DNA from: the human T2T-CHM13v2.0 reference genome, Homo sapiens
Length of the DNA stretch: 64,000 nt
Direction: 5' to 3'
Assembly (NCBI GenBank): GCA_009914755.4
Contig: CP068257.2
Span: forward strand, 896,001 to 960,000
The notes beneath the pieces are model-generated. The model had not been told where the DNA came from. It ran no database searches and saw nothing but the letters and a program-made list of their open reading frames with translations. A program made the translations under genes and the position numbers. Below, one piece after another: positions 40,660 to 54,880 of this stretch (position 1 is the stretch's first letter; every line of letters starts with the position of its first letter).

Positions 40660-42565
40660 CTAAATTAACTTTGTGACATAACCCTGTACTGATCATCCAG
40701 GTGATGGGGCTTTTGTCTAGGCTCTGCCTAAGGGGGCATTGTGACATATTTCTGCATTGATCACCCAGGTGGCGAACTCTTCTCTTGGATCTGCCTATGG
40801 GGGCATTGTGACAAATCTCTGCACTGATCACCCAGGTGATGTAACTGTTGTGTAACCTCTGCCTACAGGGGAATTGTGAGAGATCTCGCCACTGATCACC
40901 CAAGTGATGTAACCATTGTCTAGGCTTTGCGTACTGGGGGCTTTGTGACATACCTTTGCACTGATCACCCAGGTGATGTAACACATCTAAGTTCGGCCTA
41001 AAGGAGCTTTGTGACATATCTCTGCACTGATCACTTAGGTGATGTAACACTTTTATAAGCACTGCCTACAGGAAATTTTGACAAATCTCTGCACTGATCA
41101 CCTAGGTGATGTAACGCTTGTCTACCCTCTGTCCAACGGGGCATTGTGAAATATCTCTGCACTGATCACCCAGGTGATTCAACTCTTGACTAGGATCTGC
41201 CTACAGAGGTTATTGTGAAATATCTCTGCACTGATAAACTAGGTGGTGTAACCCTTATCCAAGCTCTGCCTACAGGGGCGTTTTCACATATCCCTGAAGT
41301 GATGACAAAGGTGATGTAACTCTTGCCTAGGCTTTGCCTACAGGGGACATTGTGACATATCGCTTCAATGATCACCCATTTGATGCAACTCTTGCCTAGG
41401 CTTTGCCTACAGGGGACATTGTGACATATCTCTGCACTGATCTCCCAGGTGCTGTAACTTTAGTCTAGACTCTGGCTACACGGCATTGTGACATATCACT
41501 GCACTGATCAACCAGGTGATATAACCCTTGTCTAGGCTCTGCCTACAGGGGGCTTGTGACATAGCTCTGCACTGATCACCCAGGTGATATAACTCTTCTC
41601 TAGGTTCTGCCTACAGGGTGCTTTGTGACATATCCCTGCAATGATCACCCAGGTGATCTAACTCCGGTTTAAGCTCTGCCTAAAGGGGCATTGTGACAGA
41701 TCTCTGCACTGATCACTCAGGTGATGTAACTATTGTCTAGGCTCTGCTTAAAGGGGCCTTGTCACATATCTCTGCAATGATCACCCAGGTGATGTAACTC
41801 TTGTCTAGCCTCTGCTTTCACGGCATATTGTGACATATCTATGCACTGATCACCTTAGTGATGTAACACTTGTGCAGGCTCGGCCTACAGGGTAATATCG
41901 ACATATCCCTGCACTGTTAACCGAGGTGATTTAACTCTTGTCTAGGCTGTGCCCACAGGGGGATTGAGACATATCTCTGCACTGATCCCGAGGTGATGCA
42001 ACTGTTGCCTGGTCTCTGCCTACTGGGGACATTGTGAAATATCTCTGCACTGATCTCCCAGGTGCTGTAACTTTAGTCTAGGCTCTGGCTACACGGCATT
42101 GTGACATATCACTGCACTGATCACCCAGGTGATATAAATCTTGTCTAGGCTCTGCCTACAATGGCCTTGTGACATATCTCTGCACTGATCACCCAGGTGA
42201 TATAACTCTTCTCTAGGATCTGACCACAGGGTGCTTTGTGACATTTCCCTGCAATGATCACTCAGGTGATATACCACTTGCCAAGGCTCTGCCTACAGGG
42301 GCATTGCAATGTATCTCTGCACTGATCACCTAGGTCTTGTAACTCTTTTCTTTGATCTGCCCTCAGGGTGCTTTTTGACGTATCCCAGCAAGGATTACCC
42401 AGGTGATGTACCTCTCATCAAGGCTCTGCCTACAGGCACATTGCGATGTATCTCTGCACTGATCACCTAGGTCATGTAACTTTTGTCTAGGCTCTGCCTA
42501 CGATTGCATTGTGACATATCTCTGCACTAATCATCCAAGTGATGTAACCCTTGTCTAGGATCTGC
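40660..42565. repeat. HOR copy 22, 1906 bp: 28-monomer variant (type B', counterpart of copy 19)
   Basis: Landmark spacing is 1906. Pseudo-ORFs at 40649 and 41190 are identical to those at 34795 and 35336. Confidence 0.85.
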
Positions 42566-44470
42566 CTAAATTAACTTTGTGACGTAACCCTGTACTGATC
42601 ATCCAGGTGATGGGGCTTTTGTCCAGGCTCTGCCTAAGGGGGCATTGTGACATATTTCTGCATTGATAACCCAGGTGGCGAACTCTTCTCTTGGATCTGC
42701 CTATGGGGGCATTGTGACAAATCTCTGCACTGATCACCCAGGTGATGTAACTGTTGTGTAACCTCTGCCTACAGGGGAATTGTGAGAGATCTCGCCACTG
42801 ATCACCCAAGTGATGTAACCATTGTCTAGGCTTTGCGTACAGGGGGCTTTGTGACATACCTTTGCACTGATCACCCAGGTGATGTAACACATCTATGTTC
42901 GACCTAAAGGAGCTTTGTGACATATCTCTGCACTGATCACTTAGGTGATGTAACACTTTTATAAACACTGCCTACAGGGAATTTTGACAAATCTCTGCAC
43001 TGATAACCTAGGTGATGTAACGCTTGTCTACCCTCTGTCCAACGGGGCATTGTGAAATATCTCTGCACTGATCACCCAGGTGATTCAACTCTTGACTAGG
43101 ATCTGCCTACAGAGGTTATTGTGAAATATCTCTGCACTGATAAACTAGGTGGTGTAACACTTATCCAAGCTCTGCCTACAGGGGCGTTTTCACATATCCC
43201 TGAAGTGATGACAAAGGTGATGTAACTCTTGCCTAGGCTTTGCCTACAGGGGACATTGGATATATATCTGCACTGATCACCCAGGTGATGCAACTCTTGC
43301 CTAGGCTTTGCCTACAGGGGACATTGTGACATATCTGTGCACTGATCTCCCAGGTGCTGTAACTTTAGTCTAGACTCTGGCTACACGGCATTGTGACATA
43401 TCACTGCACTGATCAACCAGGTGATATAACCCTTGTCTAGGCTCTGCCTACAGGGGGCTTGTGACATAGCTCTGCACTGATCACCCAGGTGATATAACTC
43501 TTCTCTAGGATCTGCCTACAGGGTGCTTTGTGACATATCCCTGCAATGATCACCCAGGTGATCTAACTCTGGTTTAAGCTCTGCCTAAAGGGGCATTGTG
43601 ACAGATCTCTGCACTGATCACTCAGGTGATGTAACTATTGTCTAGGCTCTGCTTAAAGGGGCCTTGTCACATATCTCTGCAATGATCACCCAGGTGATGT
43701 AACTCTTGTCTAGCCTCTGCTTTCACGGCATATTGTGACATATCTATGCACTGATCACCTTAGTGATGTAACACTTGTGCAGGCTCGGCCTACAGGGTAA
43801 TATTGACATATCCCTGCACTGTTAACCGAGGTGATTTAACTCTTGTCTAGGCTGTGCCCACAGGGGGATTGAGACATATCTCTGCACTGATCCCGAGGTG
43901 ATGCAACTGTTGCCTGGTCTCTGCCTACTGGGGACATTGTGAAATATCTCTGCACTGATCTCCCAGGTGCTGTAACTTTAGTCTAGGCTCTGGCTACACG
44001 GCATTGTGACATATCACTGCACTGATCACCCAGGTGATATAAATCTTGTCTAGGCTCTGCCTACAATGGCCTTGTGACATATCTCTGCACTGATCACCCA
44101 GGTGATATAACTCTTCTCTAGGATCTGACCACAGGGTGCTTTGTGACATTTCCCTGCAATGATCACTCAGGTGATATACCACTTGCCAAGGCTCTGCCTA
44201 CAGGGGCATTGCAATGTATCTCTGCACTGATCACCTAGGTCTTGTAACTCTTTTCTTTGATCTGCTCTCAGGGTGCTTTTTGACGTATCCCAGCAAGGAT
44301 TACCCAGGTGATGTACCTCTCATCAAGGCTCTGCCTACAGGCACATTGCGATGTATCTCTGCACTGATCACCTAGGTCATGTAACTTTTGTCTAGGCTCT
44401 GCCTACGATTGCATTGTGACATATCTCTGCACTAATCATCCAAGTGATGTAACCCTTGTCTAGGATCTGC
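42566..44470. repeat. HOR copy 23, 1905 bp: 28-monomer variant (type C' with M12 lost)
   Basis: Landmark spacing is 1905. The tatcgcttcaatgat monomer is missing at about 43290-43340. Confidence 0.85.
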
Positions 44471-46444
44471 CTAAATTAACTTTGTGACGTAACCCTGTAC
44501 TGATCATCCAGGTGATGGGGCTTTTGTCCAGGCTCTGCCTAAGGGGGCATTGTGACATATTTCTGCATTGATAACCCAGGTGGCGAACTCTTCTCTTGGA
44601 TCTGCCTATGGGGGCATTGTGACAAATCTCTGCACTGATCACCCAGGTGATGTAACTGTTGTGTAACCTCTGCCTACAGGGGAATTGTGAGAGATCTCGC
44701 CACTGATCACCCAAGTGATGTAACCATTGTCTACGCTTTGTGTACAGGGGGCTTTGTGACATACCTTTGCACTGATCACCCAGGTGATGTAACACATCTA
44801 TGTTCGACCTAAAGGAGCTTTGTGACATATCTCTGCACTGATCACTTAGGTGATGTAACACTTTTATAAACACTGCCTACAGGGAATTTTGACAAATCTC
44901 TGCACTGATAACCTAGGTGATGTAACGCTTGTCTACCCTCTGTCCAACGGGGCATTGTGAAATATCTCTGCACTGATCACCCAGGTGATTCAACTCTTGA
45001 CTAGGATCTGCCTACAGAGGTTATTGTGAAATATCTCTGCACTGATAAACTAGGTGGTGTAACACTTATCCAAGCTCTGCCTACAGGGGCGTTTTCACAT
45101 ATCCCTGAAGTGATGACAAAGGTGATGTAACTCTTGCCTAGGCTTTGCCTACAGAGGACATTGGATATATATCTGCACTGATCACCCAGGTGATGCAACT
45201 CTTGCCTTGGCTTTTCCTACAGGGGACATTGTGACATATCGCTTCAATGATCACCCATGTGATGCAACTCTTGCCTAGGCTTTGCCTACAGGGGACATTG
45301 TGACATATCTCTGCACTGATCTCCTAGGTGCTGTAACTTTAGTCTAGACTCTGGCTACACGGCATTGTGACATATCACTGCACTGATCAACCAAGTGATA
45401 TAACTCTTGTCTAGGCTCTGCCTACAGGGGGCTTGTGACATAGCTCAGCACTGATCACCCAGGTGATATAACTCTTCTCTAGGATCTGCCTACAGGGTGC
45501 TTTGTGACATATCCCTGCAATGATCACCCAGGTGATCTAACTCTGGTTTAAGCTCTGCCTAAAGGGGCATTGTGACAGATCTCTGCACTGATCACTCAGG
45601 TGATGTAACTATTGTCTAGGCTCTGCTTAAAGGGGCCTTGTCACATATCTCTGCAATGATCACCCAGGTGATGTAACTGTTGTCTAGCCTCTGCTTTCAC
45701 GGCATATTGTGACATATCTATGCACTGATCACCTTAGTGATGTAACACTTGTGCAGGCTCGGCCTACAGGGTAATATTGACATATCTCTGCACTGTTAAC
45801 CGAGGTGATTTAACTCTTGTCTAGGCTGTGCCCACAGGGGGATTGAGACATATCTCTGCACTGATCCCGAGGTGATCCAACTGTTGCCTGGTCTCTGCCT
45901 ACTGGGGACATTGTGACATATCTCTGCACTGATCTCCCAGGTGCTGTAACTTTAGTCTAGGCTCTGGCTACACGGCATTGTGACATATCACTGCACTGAT
46001 CACCCAGGTGATATAAATCTTGTCTAGGCTCTGCCTACAATGGCCTTGTGACATATCTCTGCACTGATCACCCAGGTGATATAACTCTTCTCTAGGATCT
46101 GACCACAGGGTGCTTTGTGACATTTCCCTGCAATGATCACCCAGGTGATATACCACTCGCCAAGGCTCTGCCTACAGGGGCATTGCAATGTATCTCTGCA
46201 CTGATCACCTAGGTCTTGTAACTCTTTTCTTTGATCTGCCCTCAGGGTGCTTTTTGACGTATCCCAGCAAGGATTACCCAGGTGATGTACCTCTCATCAA
46301 GGCTCTGCCTACAGGCACATTGCGATGTATCTCTGCACTGATCACCTAGGTCATGTAACTTTTGTCTAGGCTCTGCCTAGGATTGCATTGTGACATATCT
46401 CTGCACTAATCATCCAAGTGATGTAACACTTGTCTAGGATCTGC
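44471..46444. repeat. HOR copy 24, 1974 bp (type C'-like)
   Basis: Landmark spacing is 1974. Confidence 0.85.
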
Positions 46445-49030
46445 CTAAATCAACTTTGTGACATAACCCTGTACTGATCATCCAGGTGATGGGGCTTTTG
46501 TCTAGGCTCTGCCTAAGGGGGCATTGTGACATATTTCTGTATTGATCACCCAGGTGGCGAACTCTTCTCTTGGATCTGCCTATGGGGGCATTGTGACAAA
46601 TCTCTGCACTGATCACCCAGGTGATGTAACTCTTGTGTAACCTCTGCCTACAGGGGAATTGTGAGAGATCTCGCCACTGATCACCCAAGTGATGTAACCA
46701 TTGTCTAGGTTTTGCGTACAGGGGGCTTTTTGACATACCTTTGCACTGATCACCCAGGTGATGTAACACATCTAAGTTCGGACTAAAGGAGCTTTGTGAC
46801 ATATCTCTGCACTGATCACTTAGGTGATGTAACACTTTTATAAGCACTGCCTACAGGGAATTTTGAAAAATCTCTGCACTGATCACCTAGGTGATGTAAC
46901 GCTTGTCTACCCTCTGTCCAACGGGGCATTGTGAAATATCTCTGCACTGATCACCCAGGTGATTCAACTCTTGACTAGGATCTGCCTACAGAGGTTATTG
47001 TGAAATATCTCTGCACTGATAACTAGGTGGTGTAACACTTATCCAAGCTCTGCCTACAGGGGCGTTTTCACATATCCCTGAAGTGATGACAAAGGTGATG
47101 TAACTCTTGCCTAGGCTTTGCCTACAGGGGACATTGGATATATATCTGCACTGATCACCCAGGTGATGCAACTCTTGCCTAGGATTTTCCTACAGGGGAC
47201 ATGGTGACATATCGCTTCAATGATCACCCATGTGATGCAACTCTTGCCTAGGCTTTGCCTACAGGGGACATTGTGACATATCTCTGCACTGATCTCCCAG
47301 GTGCTGTAACTTTAGTCTAGACTCTGGCTACACGGCATTGTGACATATCACTGCACTGATCAACCAGGTGATATAACTCTTGTCTAGGCTCTGCCTACAG
47401 GGGGCTTGTGACATAGCTCAGCACTGATCACCCAGATGATATAACTCTTCTCTAGGATCTGCCTACAGGGTGCTTTGTGACATATCCCTGCAATGATCAC
47501 CCAGGTGATCTAACTCTGGTTTAAGCTCTGCCTAAAGGGGCATTGTGACAGATCTCTGCACTGATCACTCAGGTGATGTAACTATTGTCTAGGCTCTGCT
47601 TAAAGGGGCCTTGTCACATATCTCTGCACTGATCACCCAGGTGATGTAACTCTTGTCTAGCCTCTGCTTTCACGGCATATTGTGACATATCTATGCACTG
47701 ATCACCTTAGTGATGTAACAATTGTGTAGGCTCGGCCTACAGGGGAATATTGACATATCTCTGCACTGTTAACCAAGGTGATTTAACTCTTGTCTAGGCT
47801 GTGCCCACAGGGGGATTGAGACATATCTCTGCACTGATCCCGAGGTGATCCAAATGTTGCCTGGTCTCTGCCTACTGGGGACATTGTGACATATCTCTGC
47901 ACTTATCTCCCAGGTGCTGTAACTTTAGTCTAGGCTCTGGCTCCACGGCATTGTGACATATCACTGCACTGATCACCCAGGTGATATAACCCTTGTCTAG
48001 GCTCTGCCTACAGGGGGCTTGTGACATAGCTCTGCACTGATCACCCAGGTGATATAACTCTTCTCTAGGATCTGCCTACAGGGTGCTTTGTGACATATCC
48101 CTGCAATGATCACCCAGGTGATCTAACTCTGGTTTAAGCTCTGCCTAAAGGGGCATTGTGACAGATCTCTGCACTGATCACTCAGGTGATGTAACTATTG
48201 TCTAGGCTCTGCTTAAAGGGGCCTTGTCACATATCTCTGCAACGATCACCCAGGTGATGTAACTCTTGTCTAGCCTCTGCTTTCACGGCATATTGTGACA
48301 TATCTATGCACTGATCACCTTAGTGATGTAACACTTGTGCAGGCTCGGCCTACAGGGTAATATTGACATATCTCTGCACTGTTAACCGAGGTGATTTAAC
48401 TCTTGTCTAGGCTGTGCCCACAGGGGGATTGAGACATATCTCTGCACTGATCCCGAGGTGATGCAACTGTTGCCTGGTCTCTGCCTACTGGGGACATTGT
48501 GAAATATCTCTGCACTGATCTCCCAGGTGCTGTAACTTTAGTCTAGGCTCTGGCTACACGGCATTGTGACATATCACTGCACTGATCACCCAGGTGATAT
48601 AAATCTTGTCTAGGCTCTGCCTACAATGGCCTTGTGACATATCTCTGCACTGATCACCCAGGTGATATAACTCTTCTCTAGGATCTGACCACAGGGTGCT
48701 TTGTGACATTTCCCTGCAATGATCACTCAGGTGATATACCACTTGCCAAGGCTCTGCCTACAGGGGCATTGCAATGTATCTCTGCACTGATCACCTAGGT
48801 CTTGTAACTCTTTTCTTTGATCTGCCCTCAGGGTGCTTTTTGACGTATCCCAGCAAGGATTACCCAGGTGATGTACCTCTCATCAAAGCTCTGCCTACAG
48901 GCACATTGCGATGTATCTCTGCACTGATCACCTAGGTCATGTAACTTTTGTCTAGGCTCTGCCTACGATTGCATTGTGACATATCTCTGCACTAATCATC
49001 CAAGTGATGTAACCCTTGTCTAGGATCTGC
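46445..49030. repeat. HOR copy 25, 2586 bp: 38-monomer copy carrying a tandem duplication of 9 monomers (M15-M23, 614 bp)
   Basis: Landmark spacing 46445->49031 is 1974+612. Segment 47371-47984 is repeated as 47985-48598. At the junction M23 (..ctggctccacggcattgtgacatatcactgcactgatcacccaggtgatataa) is followed by M15 (cccttgtctaggctctgcctacagggggcttgtgacatagctct) instead of M24. There is also a 1-bp loss at about 46990. Confidence 0.85.
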
Positions 49031-51004
49031 CTAAATTAACTTTGTGACGTAACCCTGTACTGATCATCCAAGTGATGGGGCTTTTGTCCAGGCTCTTCCT
49101 AAGGGGGCATTGTGACATATTTCTGCATTGATAACCCAGGTGGCGAACTCTTCTCTTGGATCTGCCTATGGGGGCATTGTGACAAATCTCTGCACTGATC
49201 ACCCAGGTGATGTAACTGTTGTGTAACCTCTGCCTACAGGGGAATTGTGAGAGATCTCGCCACTGATCACCCAAGTGATGTAACCATTGTCTAGGCTTTG
49301 CGTACAGGGGGCTTTGTGACATACCTTTGCACTGATCACCCAGGTGATGTAACACATCTATGTTCGACCTAAAGGAGCTTTGTGACATATCTCTGCACTG
49401 ATCACTTAGGTGATGTAACACTTTTATAAACACTGCCTACAGGGAATTTTGACAAATCTCTGCACTGATCACCTAGGTGATGTAACGCTTGTCTACCCTC
49501 TGTCCAACGGGGCATTGTGAAATATCTCTGCACTGATCACCCAGGTGATTCAACTCTTGACTAGGATCTGCCTACAGAGGTTATTGTGAAATATCTCTGC
49601 ACTGATAAACTAGGTGGTGTAACACTTATCCAAGCTCTGCCTACATGGGCGTTTTCACATATCCCTGAAGTGATGACAAAGGTGATGTAACTCCTGCCTA
49701 GGCTTTGCCTATAGGGGACATTGGATATATATCTGCACTGATCACCCAGGTGATGCAACTCTTGCCTAGGCTTTTCCTACAGGGGACATTGTGACATATC
49801 GCTTCAATGATCACCCATGTGATGCAACTCTTGCCTAGGCTTTGCCTACAGGGGACATTGTGACATATCTCTGCACTGATCTCCTAGGTGCTGTAACTTT
49901 AGTCTAGACTCTGGCTACACGGCATTGTGACATATCACTGCACTGATCAACCAGGTGATATAACTCTTGTCTAGGCTCTGCCTACAGGGGGCTTGTGACA
50001 TAGCTCAGCACTGATCACCCAGGTGATATAACTCTTCTCTAGGATCTGCCTACAGGGTGCTTTGTGACATATCCCTGCAATGATCACCGAGGTGATCTAA
50101 CTCTGGTTTAAGCTCTGCCTAAAGGGGCATTGTGACAGATCTCTGCACTGATCACTCAGGTGATGTAACTATTGTCTAGGCTCTGCTTAAAGGGGCCTTG
50201 TCACATATCTCTGCAATGATCACCCAGGTGATGTAACTCTTGTCTAGCCTCTGCTTTCACGGCATATTGTGACATATCTATGCACTGATCACCTTAGTGA
50301 TGTAACACTTGTGCAGGCTCGGCCTACAGGGTAATATTGACATATCTCTGCACTGTTAACCGAGGTGATTTAACTCTTGTCTAGGCTGTGCCCACAGGGG
50401 GATTGAGACATATCTCTGCACTGATCCCGAGGTGATCCAACTGTTGCCTGGTCTCTGCCTACTGGGGACATTGTGACATATCTCTGCACTGATCTCCCAG
50501 GTGCTGTAACTTTAGTCTAGGCTCTGGCTACACGGCATTGTGACATATCACTGCACTGATCACCCAGGTGATATAAATCTTGTCTAGGCTCTGCCTACAA
50601 TGGCCTTGTGACATATCTCTGCACTGATCACCCAGGTGATATAACTCTTCTCTAGGATCTGACCACAGGGTGCTTTGTGACATTTCCCTGCAATGATCAC
50701 CCAGGTGATATACCACTTGCCAAGACTCTGCCTACAGGGGCATTGCAATGTATCTCTGCACTGATCACCTAGGTCTTGTAACTCTTTTCTTTGATCTGCC
50801 CTCAGGGTGCTTTTTGACGTATCCCAGCAAGGATTACCCAGGTGATGTACCTCTCATCAAGGCTCTGCCTACAGGCACATTGCGATGTATCTCTGCACTG
50901 ATCACCTAGGTCATGTAACTTTTGTCTAGGCTCTGCCTACGATTGCATTGTGACATATCTCTGCACTAATCATCCAAGTGATGTAACACTTGTCTAGGAT
51001 CTGC
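49031..51004. repeat. HOR copy 26, 1974 bp (type C'-like)
   Basis: Landmark spacing is 1974. Confidence 0.85.
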
Positions 51005-52906
51005 CTAAATTAACTTTGTGACATAACCCTGTACTGATCATCCAGGTGATGGGGCTTTTGTCTAGGCTCCTAAGGGGGCATTGTGACATATTTCTGCATT
51101 GATCACCCAGGTGGCGAACTCTTCTCTTGGATCTGCCTATGGGGGCATTGTGACAAATCTCTGCACTGATCACCCAGGTGATATAACTCTTGTGTAAACT
51201 CTGCCTACAGGGGAATTGTGAAAGATCTCGCCACTGATCACCCAAGTGATGTAACCATTGTCTAGGCTTTGCGTACAGGGGGCTTTGTGACATACCTTTG
51301 CACTGATCACCCAGGTGATGTAACACATCTAAGTTCGGACTAAAGGAGCTTTGTGACATATCTCTGCACTGATCACTTAGGTGATGTAACACTTTTATAA
51401 GCACTGCCTACAGGGAATTTTGAAAAATCTCTGCACTGATCACCTAGGTGATGTAACGCTTGTCTACCCTCTGTCCAACGGCGAATTGTGAAATATCTCT
51501 GCACTGATCACCCAGGTGATTCAACTCTTGACTAGGATCTGCCTACAGAGGTTATTGTGAAATATCTCTGCACTGATAAACTAGGTGGTGTAACACTTAT
51601 CCAAGCTATGCCTATAGGGGCGTTTTCACATATCCCTGAAGTGATAACAAAGGTGATGTAACTCTTGCCTAGGCTTTGCCTACAGGGGACATTGGATATA
51701 TATCTGCACTGATCACCCAGGTGATGCAACTCTTGCCTAGGATTTTCCTACAGGGGACATTGTGACATATCTCTGCACTGATCTCCCAGGTGCTGTAACT
51801 TTAGTCTAGACTCTGGCTACACGGCATTGTGACATATCACTGCACTGATCAACCAGGTGATATAACTCTTGTCTAGGCTCTGCCTACAGGGGGCTTGTGA
51901 CATAGCTCAGCACTGATCACCCAGATGATATAACTCTTCTCTAGGATCTGCCTACAGGGTGCTTTGTGACATATCCCTGCAATGATCACCCAGGTGATCT
52001 AACTCTGGTTTAAGCTCTGCCTAAAGGGGCATTGTGACAGATCTCTGCACTGATCACTCAGGTGATGTAACTATTGTCTAGGCTCTGCTTAAAGGGGCCT
52101 TGTCACATATCTCTGCACTGATCACCCAGGTGATGTAACTCTTGTCTAGCCTCTGCTTTCACGGCATATTGTGACATATCTATGCACTGATCACCTTAGT
52201 GATGTAACAATTGTGTAGGCTCGGCCTACAGGGGAATATTGACATATCTCTGCACTGTTAACCGAGGTGATTTAACTCTTGTCTAGGCTGTGCCCACAGG
52301 GGGATTGAGACATATCTCTGCACTGATCCCGAGGTGATCCAAATGTTGCCTGGTCTCTGCCTACTGGGGACATTGTGACATATCTCTGCACTGATCTCCC
52401 AGGTGCTGTAACTTTAGTCTAGGCTCTGGCTACATGGCATTGTGACATATCACTGCACTGATCACCCAGGTGATATAAATCTTGTCTAGGCTCTGCCTAC
52501 AATGGCCTTGTGACATATCTCTGCACTGATCACCCAGGTGATATAACTCTTCTCTAGGATCTGACCACAGGGTGCTTTGTGGCATTTCCCTGCAATGATC
52601 ACCCAGGTGATATACCACTTGCCAAGACTCTGCCTACAGGGGCATTGCAATGTATCTCTGCACTGATCACCTAGGTCTTGTAACTCTTTTCTTTGATCTG
52701 CCCTCAGGGTGCTTTTTGACGTATCCCAGCAAGGATTACCCAGGTGATGTACCTCTCATCAAGGCTCTGCCTACAGGCACATTGCGATGTATCTCTGCAC
52801 TGATCACCTAGGTCATGTAACTTTTGTCTAGGCTCTGCCTACGATTGCATTGTGACATATCTCTGCACTAATCATCCAAGTGATGTAACACTTGTCTAGG
52901 ATCTGC
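51005..52906. repeat. HOR copy 27, 1902 bp: 28-monomer variant (M12 lost) plus two 3-bp microdeletions
   Basis: Landmark spacing is 1902. There is a 3-bp loss at about 51066 (tctaggctcctaaggggg). A second 3-bp loss is inferred from a missing codon in the 136-aa pseudo-ORF; I did not locate it in the sequence. Around 51730-51790 the tatcgcttcaatgat monomer is absent. Confidence 0.85.
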
Positions 52907-54880
52907 CTAAATTAACTTTGTGACATAACCCTGTACTGATCATCCAGGTGATGGGGCTTTTGTCTAGGCTCTGCCTAAGGGGGCATTGTGACATATTTCT
53001 GCATTGATCACCCAGGTGGCGAACTCTTCTCTTGGATCTGCCTATGGGGGCATTGTGACAAATCTCTGCACTGATCACCCAGGTGATGTAACTCTTGTGT
53101 AAACTCTGCCTACAGGGGAATTGTGAGAGATCTCGCCACTGATCACCCAAGTGATGTAACCATTGTCTAGGCTTTGCGTACAGGGGGCTTTGTGACATAC
53201 CTTTGCACTGATCACCCAGGTGATGTAACACATCTAAGTTCGGACTAAAGGAGCTTTGTGACATATCTCTGCACTGATCACTTAGGTGATGTAACACTTT
53301 TATAAGCACTGCCTACAGGGAATTTTGACAAATCTCTGCACTGATCACCTAGGTGATGTAACGCTTGTCTACCCTCTGTCCAACGGCGCATTGTGAAATA
53401 TCTCTGCACTGATCACCCAGGTGATTCAACTCTTGACTAGGATCTGCCTACAGAGGTTATTGTGAAATATCTCTGCACTGATAAACTAGGTGGTGTAACA
53501 CTTATCCAAGCTCTGCCTATAGGGGCGTTTTCACATATCCCTGAAGTGATAACAAAGGTGATGTAACTCTTGCCTAGGCTTTGCCTACAGGGGACATTGG
53601 ATATATATCTGCACTGATCACCCAGGTGATGCAACTCTTGCCTAGGATTTTCCTACAGGGGACATTGTGACATATCGCTTCAATGATCACCCATGTGATG
53701 CAACCCTTGCCTAGGCTTTGCCTACAGGGGACATTGTGACATATCTCTGCACTGATCTCCCAGGTGCTGTAACTTTAGTCTAGACTCTGGCTACACGGCA
53801 TTGTGACATATCACTGCACTGATCAACCAGGTGATATAACCCTTGTATAGGCTCTGCCTACAGGGGGCTTGTGACATAGCTCTGCACTGATCACCCAGGT
53901 GATATAACTCTTCTCTAGGATCTGCCTACAGGGTGCTTTGTGACATATCCCTGCAATGATCACCCAGGTGATCTAACTCTGGTTTAAGCTCTGCCTAAAG
54001 GGGCACTGTGACAGATCTCTGCACAGATCACTCAGGTGATGTAACTATTGTCTAGGCTCTGCTTAAAGGGGCCTTGTCACATATCTCTGCAATGATCACC
54101 CAGGAGATGTAACTCTTGTCTAGCCTCTGCTTCCGCGGCATATTGTGACATATCTATGCACTGATCACCTTAGTGATGTAACACTTGTGTAGGCTCGGCC
54201 TACAGGGGAATATTGACATATCTCTGCACTGTTAACCGAGGTGATTTAACTCTTGTCTAGGCTGTGCCCACAGGGGGATTGAGACATATCTCTCCACTGA
54301 TCCCGAGGTGATGCAACTGTTGCCTGGTCTCTGCCTACTGGGGACATTGTGACATATCTCTGCACTGATCTCCCAGGTGCTGTAAATTTAGTCCAGGCTC
54401 TGGCTACACGGCATTGTGACATATCACTGCACTGATCACCCAGGTGATATAAATCTTGTCTAGGCTCTGCCTACAATGGCCTTGTGACATATCTCTGCAC
54501 TGATCACCCAGGTGATATAACTCTTCTCTAGGATCTGACCACAGGGTGCTTTGTGGCATTTCCCTGCAATGATCACCCAGGTGATATACCACTCGCCAAG
54601 GCTCTGCCTACAGGGGCATTGCAATTTATCTCTGCACTGTTCACCTAGGTCTTGTAACTCTTTTCTTCGATGTGCCCTCAGGGTGATTTTTGACGTATCC
54701 CAGCAAGGATTACCCAGGTGATGTACCTCTCATCAAGGCTCTGCCTACAAGCACATTGCGATGTATCTCTGCACTGATCACCTAGGTCATGTAACTTTTG
54801 TCTAGGCTCTGCCTACGATGGCATTGTGACATATCTCTGCACTAATCATCCAAGTGATGTAACACTTGTCTAGGATCTGC
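52907..54880. repeat. HOR copy 28, 1974 bp (3' half partly resembles the variant block of copies 18/20/21)
   Basis: Landmark spacing is 1974. At 54101-54400 it carries ccaggagatgtaac, cttccgcggc and gtaaatttagtccagg. Confidence 0.85.

Larger units (their letters stand above)
32832..44470. repeat. Super-HOR domain: 5854-bp unit (1974 + 1906 + 1974; types A'-B'-C') present twice (second copy has C' shortened to 1905)
   Basis: Landmark 32832->38686 is 5854. Pseudo-ORFs 33362/39216, 34795/40649, 35336/41190, 36235/42089 and 36701/42555 are identical. Confidence 0.8.

Noticed and set aside
47371-48598. Extra 612-614 bp in HOR copy 25 as a possible transposon/IS or foreign insertion
   Set aside because: The extra sequence is itself beta-satellite monomers M15-M23 in the correct order. 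It is a tandem duplication, not an insertion. There are no terminal inverted repeats, target-site duplication or non-satellite sequence.
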